NCBI RefSeq assembly: GCF_036321535.1
Contig: NC_087436.1
Span: forward strand, 81,718,001-81,782,000
Length of the DNA: 64,000 nt
DNA from: Camelus dromedarius
Lineage: Eukaryota
Direction: 5' to 3'
Part shown: piece after piece, positions 1 through 11,699 of the stretch
Position numbering within the stretch: the first letter of the stretch is position 1
How the letters are laid out: every line of letters starts with the position of its first letter
Position numbers and translations under genes: made by a program
The notes under the pieces: generated by a model
Databases searched by the model: none
The model's input: the letters and a program-made list of their open reading frames with translations, nothing else
What the model was told of the DNA's origin: nothing

Positions 1-76
1 AAATAAATGAAAATAAATGAATAAAAATACTACTGTTCCTAAGTAGTAACTGAATAAAAATTTGTACTTGTTTCAG

Positions 77-130
77 ATTTTGAGAAACAGACTCTTCCAA
101 TTACTTCAGTATTTCCCTGATGGTATATAG
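77..130 (+). other. Candidate small exon (unassigned gene)
   Basis: tgtacttgtttcAG acceptor ending 76 (alternative AG ending 90); TAG|gtatct donor at 131; no repeat recognised. Confidence 0.25.
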
Positions 131-339
131 GTATCTGTTCATTCTCACCATGATCAAATCGGACATAATAGCCAGGCAACTAAGAGAACTAGATTCTGAT
201 TCTTTTTCTCTGTGACTTGAGAAATATACTTAACTTTCTTCTTTCAAATGTAAAAAGTTGAGTGGGGAGAGTAAAAAACAAAAATCTCTAAGTCTCCTTT
301 CATCTTTTCTGCATTTTCAGCCATTTTTTTAAAAAAAAT

Positions 340-1030
340 TCTTTGTATACTAGGCATTGGGCTGTAAACTAAGAATACAAAGGTAAATAAATAATACATG
401 GTCTCTGCTCTAAGGAGTTCAGAGTCTATTAGGAGAGAGAGAACTATAAACATAATTGTAGGCCTATCTGAAAAAAACAGTATTAGTTAATATTTAATGA
501 ATTTAATGCTAAGTATTCTGCATGTATTATTTAATTTTTTTCTCCACAATAAAATAATCATTAAAGAAATACCATCATTACCCACATTACACAAGTGAAG
601 ACACTGAAGCCTGGAGAGTTTGTGTAACTTGACCAAAGTCACGCAGCTCAAAATAAATAGGGGACAGAGTTGAGATTTGAATTCTGGTGGCATGACTTCA
701 GGGTCCATGCCTTAACCATTGAGCATCTTGTATCCAGGAGGAGGAATAATAGCACAGAATGCCATGAAGACATTAAGTATAACCAACAAGGGGGCACAGG
801 AGCCACACATCCCTGTTTTAACTGGGACAGTCTGTTTCACTCATGTTTTCCTAGGATCATTTTTAATAATGTCCCTCAAAATGCTTCATGAAGATGATAA
901 TTATTCGGTCATCCTATTCATAAAGGAAGTTACATTTGAGCTTGTATCTAAAAAGGCAAATGGGAGTTTGCCAGCTGGAGAACGGGAGGAAGGAGGCTGC
1001 TCCAGGCAAGAGGACCATGAAACATCAAGG
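340..1030 (-). mobile_element. Degenerate L2 fragments interrupted by a MIR
   Basis: L2-like phrases (ggtctctgctctaaggagttcagagtcta; ggaagttacatttgagcttg; ccaggcaagaggacc). Confidence 0.5.
480..720 (-). mobile_element. MIR SINE
   Basis: Reverse MIR core cattacacaagtgaagacactgaagcctggagagtttgtgtaacttgaccaaagtcacgcagct. Confidence 0.75.
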
Positions 1031-1499
1031 CAAGGAAATGGAATACAGCTCAGGAAGGAGGAGCCTGGGCGCTGGAGCAGAAGGCCCGCGGGCAGATCTC
1101 AGCCCACCATGACTAGCTGCAAATATCCCCTGTATCACAACTAGAGTGAGCTTTGGAAAACAAGTGATAACTGCACCAGTCTTCTGACAAAATCCTGTTA
1201 CTGGGCTCCCATTGCCCTTAGAATGAAGCCTGAATTCCTTATTGCAACTTACAAGGTCCCCAGGATCAGCTTTGCCCCGTCTCCGCTCCATCATGATCAC
1301 CTTCCCCGGTGCCTCCCTGTGCTCCAGCCTCACCCTCTCTTCTCTGGCCCACTTCCAGCCTTTCACATGATTTCCCGTTTCCTCAGGGAGGAACTTCCCT
1401 GCCTAAAGTAGTCCTCCCCACCCCCTGCTCCACTGAATTATCTATCTCAGCACCTCGCATATGTCCCTTAGCACCTCATCCCATCAGTTAACTATTTTG

Positions 1500-1638
1500 A
1501 GTGTTTATGTTGTGTATTTATTGGTCATCTGGCTCTGACACTAGAATGTCAGCCCTTAAGGGCAAGAGCCTTATCTGTCCTGTTCACAGGTGCCATGCAA
1601 CACACAGGTGTTTTGTAAATGTTAGCTGAATGAATGAA
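1500..1638 (+). mobile_element. L2 3' end
   Basis: ctagaatgtcagcccttaagggcaagagccttatctg...aaatgttagctgaatgaatgaa, the typical L2 terminus. Confidence 0.7.
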
Positions 1639-1646
1639 GTGTTAGG

Positions 1647-2588
1647 TGTGAAAGGAAAATCAAAATGGAATCAGTATTGCTAAAAGAGCTCTCTAAGATG
1701 GAGCCAGTATAACTGAGCAGGACCCTATGGGGTCCTCCCAGGACAGACCCTTCCCCATATCCTCTGCTTTAGCTCCTCTCCAGAGTACCTAGATAACAGT
1801 ATTTGATGCACATGTGCTGAGTTGTTTTACAGACGTGAAAACCACCTACCAAATGAAGACGAGAACTACTTGATGACCATGAGCACATCCTGGAGCCTAA
1901 GAATTGATAATGTTAGTCCCTGTGACACCACCCTATTACCCCAACATCAACCAATCAGAGAATTGTGCATGATGGGATCACAGACCCTGCGGCTCCCACC
2001 CCTTCACCAGGCCTTTAAAAACGCTTTACTGAAACCCTTCAGAGAGTTCGGGGTTTTAGAGCACAAGCCACATGTCTTCCTTGTATTGGCCCCTTTACAA
2101 TAAACGCTGCACTTTCCTTCACCACAACCCAGTGTCAGCAGATTGGTTTTACTGCCTGTGGGTGAGCGGACCCAAGTTTGGTTCGGTAACATTGGGAGGC
2201 CACTATGGAAGTGTGACTTGTGCACATCTCAGCCTGGATGGAACCTGACCTTTGACCACGTATTGTCTTAATGAAGGCACCCAGAATATCTGCCAGAAAC
2301 TCACAATACTTAGCGGACCCTAAAACGACTCCTGATAGTCATCTACTTATCAGGCCCTACCCTAAAACAAGTCATGATTCTTTAAGGACAAAAATTTTCT
2401 TACTCACCTCAGAGTCAGTCACAGTTCTTCCCAGGCAACTTTTAACAACCTTGTGGCTTTTTGTCCTTACAAACCCCTGACTCGTTTTCTTCCCCTGAAA
2501 CCTCTTTCAAGGTTACCCAAGTCCATGCCTCTCGAAGTGCAATTCTTCAGACGTCAAATAGACTCCTGCATTTTTTTTTCGGTTGACA
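1647..2588 (+). mobile_element. ERV1-class solo LTR (outer), split by a nested LTR
   Basis: Starts TGTGAAAGGAAAATC, ends TTGACA; near-TSD aggtg/aggta; resumes after 2191. Confidence 0.6.
1708..2191 (+). mobile_element. ERV1-class solo LTR (nested, inner)
   Basis: TA(TG)taactgagcaggaccc...ggttcggtaaCA; AATAAA ~2099; ends match the reverse complement of the LTR at 56782-57397. Confidence 0.8.
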
Positions 2589-2963
2589 AGGTACCTTACT
2601 GAAGGTATTACACTCCATGAGTACTTGCATTTTTAAAGAAGATAAAAATAGAGGGCAATGTCTAACACATGGGACTAATCCTCTAATGTTAAATATGAAG
2701 GCATAGGTGGGAAAGAAACTTCTAAATACTTCAATTGTTCAATCTTTTACAATATATTCAATTTTGCCAATCACTTAACTACCATAGCCACTATTAAGGA
2801 CAACCACAACAGCTGAAACAATCAGTGTCATCGTCCTTTATCATATTCTGTGCCGGGTACTTTACATACAGCATTAGCTAGTTTTTTATTTGCTTTAGGG
2901 CAGTGATATCTTTCTTGTCCCTTTACTCCATTACTTACCAAAGACCTAAATATTGAAATTTTA

Positions 2964-3319
2964 AAAAAGAAAAAAAGAAGACACTAATGAACTTAATCTA
3001 CAAACAGAAACAGACTCACAAACATAGTAAACAAACTTATGGTTACCGGGGAAGAGGTGGTGGGAAAGGATAAACTGGGACTTTGAGATTTGCAAATACT
3101 AACTACTATATATAAAATAGATTTAAAAAAAACAAATTTCTTCTGTAAAGCACAGGGAACTATATTCGATATCCTGTAGTAACCTATAATGAAAAAATAT
3201 AAAAACACATATATTTATGTATATGTATGACTAAAACATTATGCTGTACACCAGAAATTGACACATTATTACTGGCTATACTTCAATTTAAAAAAAGAAA
3301 AAGAAAAAGAAAAAGAAAT
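2964..3319 (+). mobile_element. 5'-truncated L1 (3' UTR with A tail)
   Basis: acagaaacagactcaca...gcacagggaactatattc...ctatacttcaa followed by A-rich tail; homologous to L1 ends at 8.1, 18.5, 23.4 and 41.9 kb. Confidence 0.9.
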
Positions 3320-3835
3320 AATGGCTACCTATCTGGTTCCTGATGTACCTATGAGAATAGCACAGAAAATCAAAATAGCTTATTTCTCCTTTGCAAAGTA
3401 AATATGACAAATTTTTAAACATTGCACATATTAATACTATTGGCATTCTCAGTAAACCAATAAGTACATAATTATCTTTAGTGTACTTTAAGGTAAGATA
3501 TTTTTAACACTCACTACAGTAAATTTCAAAACAAACTGGCAGGCATATAAACAAAAAGGTGAAAAGTTTTAAAGGTATATGATGCATATATGAGGTTATA
3601 TGAAACTCAACTGGGAGTGTTATCAAAATGAGAACAGCCTGTTAAGATAATGAAAATTGGAAAATCTTAGCAAACAGGAATTATATTAGGAAGAGAAACA
3701 CATTAAGAAAAGCATAAGAGACTTTTTGTAATGAATTTTAATTCTTTCCCCAGCCTTTGTTGTTATTTGCTAATGTACTTTGTGAAGGTTGAAAACTGAC
3801 GTTTATTTTCTCATTAGCTTCATTCTTTTCCACAG

Positions 3836-3893
3836 ATATCAACTCCTTTCCCGGACCCTCACTTCAGAAATGCATAAAACTAAAATGAATATG
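3836..3893 (+). other. Candidate 58-nt internal exon (unassigned gene)
   Basis: CTGAC branch-point-like motif 3796-3800, pyrimidine tract and cacAG acceptor; ATG|gtatat donor; open frame YQLLSRTLTSEMHKTKMNM. Confidence 0.35.
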
Positions 3894-4641
3894 GTATATA
3901 TTTCCCCTTTTAGTACTTACATATACATTAGTATCACAATGAAATCAAAATAGCTTAGGGTAAAATGTGTATTACCTACAGAAGCAACTGGGGGAGAAAA
4001 AAGCATGCTGGGTTAGTGACATTGTAAGAATTTTTCTCATTATTATCATACAAATATTTCTATTAAAAAATACAAATGGAAGAAGATAATTTAAATAGCC
4101 AACTTTCTGATTGCCTTTTCATCCTAGAAACACTGGAGCATTGACATAAACAGCAGCAAATAATGATTAAGCATCTGTCACTCATGTGACACTATCTTTA
4201 AGCTCTGAGGATTGCCTAAAGAATTTTAGACAAGGGCTTCTCTGTACGATGAGCAAAACATCCAGGTAGGTACACAGAATATATACATGTTTGCAGTCAA
4301 CAACCAACCAACCACAGGATTTAGATGATAAAGGGATTAAGGCATAAAAGGAAAGCGTGAGGGCAGGCAGAACTTGGTTGTACCAGGACAATGAGCCTGG
4401 ATAGGTTACTTATGCCCTATTGATAAAAATGTTCAGAAGGAATAATAAATAAGGATTAAATAAGAATTAAACCAGTTAGTGTATGTAAAGAACTTAGCAT
4501 ATAATAAAAATTAACAAATGTAGGCAGTGGCTCTTGTAGGAGTGATGGATGTCCTTACTAATGATTGTGGCAGTTAGGTGGTAGATTACAGAAGGTATAG
4601 ACAGCTTTTAACATGGCCTAGAAAACCTGGAGACCTCACAT

Positions 4642-5540
4642 CTGTCATATCTGACATGATGGCAGCATCCTGCACCTTTCACACTAGGTCCCCAGGGTGT
4701 ATGTGAGGTGTCCCAGGCTGTGCAGAAATGTGTCAGTTTCACACATACATCACACAGGGCCCCCTGGTCTGCACATGTGTGCCTCCAGGTTGTGCTGGAG
4801 TGTCATTGTTGCACACCCGGCAATGTGTTTTGGGCTGTGTGGCTCTGTGCTATGAAAACACAGTCTCACGCTGTATTTCCACGTGACTCAAACACAATTT
4901 TTTGAAGAGGCTTCATTCTCCCTGTTGAAAATAGGGAAAAAGATTTCTCCCCCTCTGTTTTCTCAGAGTACTTACTTTAGAAGACTTCTAAGTGCTTTCT
5001 CTCATCTCTTTAATATGTATATCCCACTGAAGACCAGACAGGCCTTTTGTCAGCTGGCTTTTTTTTTTCCCCCAGTTTTTTGACCCATGAATGTCTTTCT
5101 CAAGAACCTGGGAGCCATCTTTCTGAAATGTATACATCAAGGCAGAAGCTCCTCCTTCTCCCAGTTCCCAAGGAAGGGTAGGAGACTGACTTCAGTGGGT
5201 TCCTTATTCCAACTGGCAAAACTCCTTCATGTCATAAAGACATGAGAAGTTAGATTTTCCTCTAGATGAAGCCCATAAGCTAACAGACAGTCACCCCAAT
5301 AATCCGGTGAAGGTGGGATGAACTGTGTGTGACAAATGGTGCTATCAAGTCCTCTTGATACTTACTTACTGTTTATCATGAAAGCATGCGTGTAGCAGGT
5401 CATAACTACTTGGCTACACACATACATGCATTGTCTGTTTTGCAACGTCTTAGAGTATTGCCAGTGATGCACATCACATTCTGGTTTAATGCTTATTCAA
5501 TAATAAAGTGTTTCTATCTCTACTTTTAAAAAGAAAAAAA
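4642..5540 (+). pseudogene. Processed retrocopy of a transcript ending in a MER34-like LTR poly(A) site
   Basis: Flanking direct repeats 4620-4641/5541-5561; AATAAA 5502-5507; A tail 5528-5540; MER34-like LTR sequence ~4900-5527 lacking U5. Confidence 0.7.
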
Positions 5541-7669
5541 AGAAAATCTGGAGGCTCACATTCATCAAAAAATTGTAGATGTTATTTTTTGTGACAGGAA
5601 TAATATAGGAAGAGTGTGAGAATGGTGCGGACATCCCTTATTGCATAGCCTGAGTATTAAGTAGCCTGGTTTTCCTGGAATGTGGACCCGCATATAAGAA
5701 GTGGGTAAAAGATCTGGGAGGCTTCCGTTGCCTGGCAAAGCATTTTGTCTGTGGGAAAAAGAAAGTCAATAAAATTTTGAAGGAGGAAGAAGCACAGGAA
5801 AAGAGATCGTTTCAGGGATCAAAATCTAAGAGTAATATATAAGATGCACTGAAGACTTGTGAGCTCCACAACCCAACTGGGGGACTGTTATGATATTCAT
5901 AAAAAGGAAGTGCTTCTAAGACAGCTTTCCCTTTATGAGGCTAAAGATGCCTTATAAAAGTACCCATGGTGATATTCTGACAGCTTGTGGAATTCTAGAA
6001 GACTTCACTTCCCACCCTCCACTTCAGACCCATTTCTTAAAGTCTTATATTCCCTGTTTCCACTGCTTTGCCTCATCTTAGATTCTGATACTCTGCCCAG
6101 CACTTTGGGAAGGAGTTCTGATCAGGCTGGCTCCCTGCTCCCAGTTTGGCCCTCACCACAGGAAGCCACCTATTGAATTATGCTTGGCCACCTGCACCAG
6201 CCCATTCTATCTTTATGTTTACAAAACCAGCAGGGCTTTGGACTCCTGCTAATCTGAGATGATGAATCAGAAAAGAGGAATTGTGACTAATTTGATTTGG
6301 AGACAGTGGAAAGAGAATAGCTAAAGCTGACTTCAGAGACTCCAACATAACCGGCCGTGAGAAATACGTTCAGCTGGCAAATAGAGGTGAAGAAATAAAT
6401 CTCAGGGGAAAATGTCACAGCCAGGGTAGAGGGTTAAGGAGATTCTCAATGAGCCTTCTAAGGAAAGACTCTTGTGAGGAAACAGCAGTGTCAAGGACTA
6501 AGTCCACATTCAGAGTCAGCAGAAAGAAGCATAACCAGCAAGGAGATAGAGGAGTGACAGAGGCAAGAAAGCATTTAGATAGTGAAAGACAAGAAAAGCA
6601 ACAATCAAGACTTAGAGGCGCAGAAAACAGCAAAGAGGTCAACAAGAACAAGGACTGATAAAATCCCGCTTTTTCCTAATAGAATTTAATTTCCCATAAC
6701 ATTGCTTGTTGGTTTAACAGTAGATAATACAGTGGAAGTCTTAAAACAAAATGAATATTCATTCCAACATTATTTCTAATCTTGAAATACTGGAAGTTGC
6801 ATGTGTTAGCTAATTTTTAAAAGTTTTAAAATATATATATGTATACATATATATAATATACAAAATGACTCCAAGTATTTTTCTAGTTTCCAAATAAAGA
6901 GAAATTCAGACTTTGGTATTTTCACTAGACTACTAAAAATGTACCTATTTTGTCTGTTGGAGTTTTCAGTTTTTCTAAGATCTTTCTTCAAAACCAACCA
7001 GCCTTACAACTTAAGCAGTCTGCTTAACCTATGGATTCCCTTCACTTCTTGAACTCATTTTTTCCACAGTGATGTCACAGAGCTATGTTTTAAATATATG
7101 TCACAAATAAATGATTTTTTTCTAGACTCAGTCTAAACTAAACCATGCTAAAAATTCCTGCATTTCAAATATTTGTTTCAAAAAAAACTCTGTATTTCTT
7201 TCCTTTTCAGTATTTTAGCCTCTTGTTGTTTAGCCTAAAGGAATAAATTAATGTTGGTTATTTTGTATGTTTTCATTATTTTGTATGTTTCATTATTCCT
7301 ATTTATGATATATTATAATACTGTCAAGTTTGTCATATATACTGTTTATCAAGTATAATGCTAAAATTTCCCTTTTCTTTAAATATATTTAGATTCCCTT
7401 GTCTTGAAAATTAATTTCATCTAATTTTTCGTCTAATTTTTTATTATGATGTTTAAAGCACTTGTATTCAAAATAATTTGTCAGTCACTGCAGACTGGAT
7501 TTTCAAGTCTTTTTCAGAATAAAAGTGCAGGCAGAGTATGAACTTTGCCTAACACCCAAATTCCCACTTTCTCTTCAGATGCTCTTAAAACCTCAAACAG
7601 ACATGAAGTCAGAACAACACATAAAATTCTCCCTTGCCTCTTGGTAAATAATAGAATAACTACATTTGT

Positions 7670-7895
7670 TGGGGGCCACTATGTGCCAGTCAATAGGCAA
7701 GGACTTTACATATACTATTTTGTTTAATCTTCACTACTTCTTAATAGAGTAGCTAACATCATTCTTACTTTACAGAAAATGCAGTTGGAACTCAAAGGGG
7801 TTAACAGGAGCTCAATTATACCTCTAGTAATTAACAGAATCTATATTCCACCTAGTGTTGCCTGACTTCAGAGTCCATGCTCTCAATTATGCACA
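7670..7895 (-). mobile_element. MIR SINE
   Basis: ccactatgtgccag...tttaatcttcac...tttacagaaaatg...gcctgacttcagagtccatgctct. Confidence 0.7.
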
Positions 7896-8088
7896 TGCCC
7901 TCCTCTGTAAATCATTCTAAAATTTGAAAAATAGTTATAAATACTCAGTGTAAATATGTTTGAACATTGCTGTTGTTTTAAAGTATCAAATTATATTGAT
8001 GGATAATATTAAAATGGAAACAATGATTAACCTGAATTCACCTAAGTAAATATTTTTAAATAAGCTGCATTAAAAATTATATAATTCA

Positions 8089-8235
8089 CAGGGAACTATA
8101 TTCAATGGCTTGTTGTAACCTGTAATAAAAAGGAATATGAAAAAGGATATATACATATAACTGAATCAGTATGCTATAAACCAGAAACTAATACAATATT
8201 GTAAATCAACTATACTTCAATTTTTTTAATTTTTT
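8089..8235 (+). mobile_element. Short 5'-truncated L1 3' end
   Basis: 17-bp TSD aaaaattatataattca (8072-8088) / aaaaattatatagttca (8236-8252); L1 3' UTR motifs. Confidence 0.9.
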
Positions 8236-8754
8236 AAAAATTATATAGTTCATCAGATTCTCAAAGATGTAATTTAAATATCTGAACTAATTTTTCAAAT
8301 TGCTTATTTAAAATAAAAAGTTTGCTCTGCCATCCAGTTGAGTAGATATTTTCATTATATTTCCTATAATTTATCCCCTCTGTGAAATGAGATCACAAAG
8401 CCACTTAAAGACTATCTGTGTCCTGCTTCAATCTGCATGATGTTGACACTCTGATAACATTTAACAATAAAGGGACTTAAACCACAGAAACAAGCAGAGA
8501 GGACTAACTAGCATTTAAACTAGAACAATAGTCCCAAAAGGCATTCAGCAGAAAATTAGTGCATGAGAATGGTTCAAGAAAAAAGGTGGAGTGGGCGGAA
8601 GGAGGATGGGATAAATTGGTGGCTTCAACTGAAGTATACAAGATACAACAAAAATTCCAAAGCAATATTCTAGACCAGGATGCAGTTTCAATAAAAATAA
8701 TCAGGAATCAATTTTAGGACTTCAAAATATCCTTACCAATAAGAGAGATTTTTC

Positions 8755-9478
8755 TGCATGTCATCAATTCTAAGACTCAGTTCTTTTACCTTTTAACATT
8801 TCTGAAATTACATATGCCTTACATTTGATTTCATATCATAATGCTTGACTTTTTTTCTTAGTAGTCCATAAAATAAATGGTGCATTTACAATAGATAGTG
8901 TGGTAGCCAGCATCCAAGATGGCTCCCAGTGATCCCTACCTCCTGGAATTCAGAGCCTTGGAAAGACCCCTCCCGCACTGTCCTAGGGTGGTCTATGTAA
9001 TCAATAGAATATAGCAAAAGTGACAGAATGTCAGTTTCAAGATTAGGTTATAAAAGACACTGTTGTTTTTGTCTTTGTATCTCTCTCTCATATCGCTCAC
9101 TTTGGACTTTGAGGAAGTCAGCTGCTATGTCATGAACAATTCTATGGAGACTCCACATGGCAAGGAACTGAGGCTTTTTGTTAACAGCCAGCAAGGAACT
9201 GAAGCCTCTTGCCAATAAGCTCATGAGTAAGCCATCTTAGAAGCAGATCTTCCAGCCCCAGAGAAAGTGTCAGGTGACTGCTGCCTGGCTGACACCTTCA
9301 CTATCACCTCAAGACAGACCCTGAACTAGAATCACCTTATGTTGCTCCAGGCTTCCTGACCCTTAGACACTGTGTGTGTTAATAAATGTCTGTTGCTTGA
9401 AACTGCTAATTGGGGGAATAACTTGTTATGCAGCAACAGATAACTAATATAGATGGTCTCTTAAAGTCGATGAAATAG
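8755..9478. mobile_element. MER104-like (TcMar-Tc2) non-autonomous DNA transposon split by an MLT1 LTR
   Basis: tcatcaattctaagac...ttttcttagtagtccataaaataaatggtgcatttacaatagat; resumes after 9451 with gatggtctcttaaagtcgatgaaata (terminal inverted repeat). Confidence 0.7.
8899..9451 (+). mobile_element. MaLR solo LTR, MLT1F-like
   Basis: TGTGGTAGCCAGC..CCAAGATGGC start; gcagcaacagataactaata end; 5-bp TSD gatag/gatgg. Confidence 0.88.
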
Positions 9479-9609
9479 AATAAAGATTTGAGAGAGGGAT
9501 TTACTTAGAGAGATTGTATGTCTACTCCCCATCATCACCAAAGAGAACTGAGAAGGATGGAGAGGTGCTTGTTCTTTACTGCACGTTTATGAAAGGGGTT
9601 TTAACAATA

Positions 9610-10196
9610 TTAGTCAGAGAGCATAGTATGTGACCCCCGCAGCTGGGCACACAAAGTGAACCGGAGGGTGATTCTCACTTGAAAGAGCCATTAAGCATGA
9701 ACCCACGCTTGGCTCCTCTGGCAGGAAAAAGAAGTGGCTTCCTTGGCTTGGCCTCCAGACCCCAAGTCTGTCAAGCCAAAAGATATGCTGAGACATTTCA
9801 AGGTGTAGATGAATTGCAGAAGTGGGCCACCTGAAAAAAAAAAAAAAAAAGTGGCCTGCAGCCAATTAAACTTAGCAAGAGGACCATCTAGAAGAGTGAT
9901 AGGGGACAAGAGAGTGAGTCTATCTAAAGTAGATCAGCAGAAAACCAAGGCTGAGAGGGAAGCTGCAGAAGGAAAAACAGAGCATCATTGCCTGTGTCAG
10001 AAAAGATGCAGGGAAGCTTCCAAAGCACCCAGGAGAGAAAGATCCAGCATGAGACGTCTGCCAGACTCAGAAAGCATGAAGCCATGCTATGGCAAGGTAA
10101 ATAAAAAAAATCTCCTGTCCCCGTTCTCTCCCTCCCTCCCTCCTCCTGCTCCTACTGCAGGAATATCTTACAAAAGCAGCTAGTGAGAGAGAGACA

Positions 10197-10234
<38 letters not shown>

Positions 10235-10531
10235 AAGAAAGAGACAGAGACAGAGAGAGTCAGAGAGAGATGGATGCTGCCAGGCAGCCAGTCCCAGCTT
10301 GGGGAGGGAAGAAGATTTTAATAACTGACCTAAGATGCTGTTTCCAACCAAAAGTAAATTAAAGATTTTACTACTGAGCGACCAGACAATCTAGCCTTGT
10401 CAAGTCTTTATCCAGGGGCTAGGGAAATACAACTACCCTGAAGAAAATTTAGAGACATGGTGAAAGACAAAAATAAATTTGCATTTGGATTGCACCCCCC
10501 ATGTTGTGCTGGTCAAACATACCAGTTTCAC
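9610..10531 (+). mobile_element. Probable ancient LTR (family uncertain)
   Basis: LTR-like composition, AATAAA ~10472, ends tttcaCA; contains GA microsatellite. Confidence 0.3.
10185..10270. repeat. (GA)n/(GAGACA)n microsatellite
   Basis: Direct inspection. Confidence 0.95.
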
Positions 10532-10699
10532 ACGTTTGGGAAATGTTGCATACTGCTGCTCCCCTTTACAGACACATAAAGAAACTGAAAAAGCCATCAG
10601 ACAAGTTGCCTGCTTGGCTTTCTTTTGTCCTGTATATGGACCACACTTATTTGAGCACAGATCCCTTCCTGTTCACTTACAATCTATGTTCTGGAATTG

Positions 10700-10855
10700 G
10701 TTAGTTCTTTGCAATCACTTTGCCCAGTTCAGCCTAGGCTTCCCCACCTTTGAAACAGAGACAGTAATAGTACCTACCTCATATGTCCTTTGAGAGGATG
10801 AGGTAGGTCAATGTATATATAGTACTCAGCACATAATAAATAGTCTATAAATGCT
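10700..10855 (+). mobile_element. MIR SINE
   Basis: cagtaatagtacctacctcat...tgagaggatgag...tactcagcacataataaata. Confidence 0.7.
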
Positions 10856-11699
10856 GGGGAAGGAAAAAAATCTACCAAAAATTGATACTTAAGTTTTTTC
10901 ATTTTTTAACTTGACCACTTTTTTAAGGAAAATATTAAAGCTGCATTAAATGAACAAATGTGGTTTCCAAGTCAATAAAAACTGTCTATGTCACCCTCAT
11001 AACTGCAATTTAGAGCTGTGTTAGCAGCTCAGGGTCTTGTACCCTCTTAATCTTCTCTTGTTTCTCATAGTTGCCCTCTTTGAAGCTCCACTTATGTTCC
11101 CATGGATGAAAATTATCACTTCTTTGTATCATCAGAATATTCCTTCCTTTAAAGAGTAGGTGGACTTTGAACTACTGACAAACTGTCTTATTTATCTCTG
11201 AATCCATAGTACCTACCTAAGTCCTATTACATATCAGATGCCCAGGGAATAATTAAAGAAAATAAGGAAGGAGAGAGGAAAAGGTGGCAGAAGAGAAAGA
11301 GGGTTAAAATATTTTGCCTTGATATGTGAAAAACAAATTGCACAAAGTTCTCTAGTATATTTTGACAGTTTAAAGAGTTGAATTAATTTACATAAATATA
11401 TCTCTTACTTCATATTTCTCTTTTGAATATGTTGGAAATTTTATACTCTAATTGTTATGTTAGTAATTACCCTAAAATATAAAATGGGTATTTATCTTAA
11501 TATCTGATGATATAACACTTTTTCCCTCCTCATTTTAACTCAAGCTACACCTTCTCATCTTGAAAGCTTCTTTTTTCCAGTATTTTAATTCACCTTTACC
11601 TTTTTTACTCCACAAATTGGACATCATTATTGATGGTTAACATGCTCACTGGTTATTTAGAGTTTCGTACATGTTTACCATTGTCTTTGCTCACCTTTT

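Noticed and set aside
719..1491. Longest track ORFs (141 aa, 113 aa and overlapping ones)
   Set aside because: Overlap L2 remnants, have no recognisable domain, and the longest uses a non-ATG start; expected by chance
7258..7297. Short tandem duplication tattttgtatgttttcat x2
   Set aside because: Ordinary slippage duplication; only two copies and no spacers, so not a CRISPR-like array
9809..10351. ORFs with poly-K and LS/LC repeats (also 41064..41402)
   Set aside because: Produced by poly(A) and GA microsatellites
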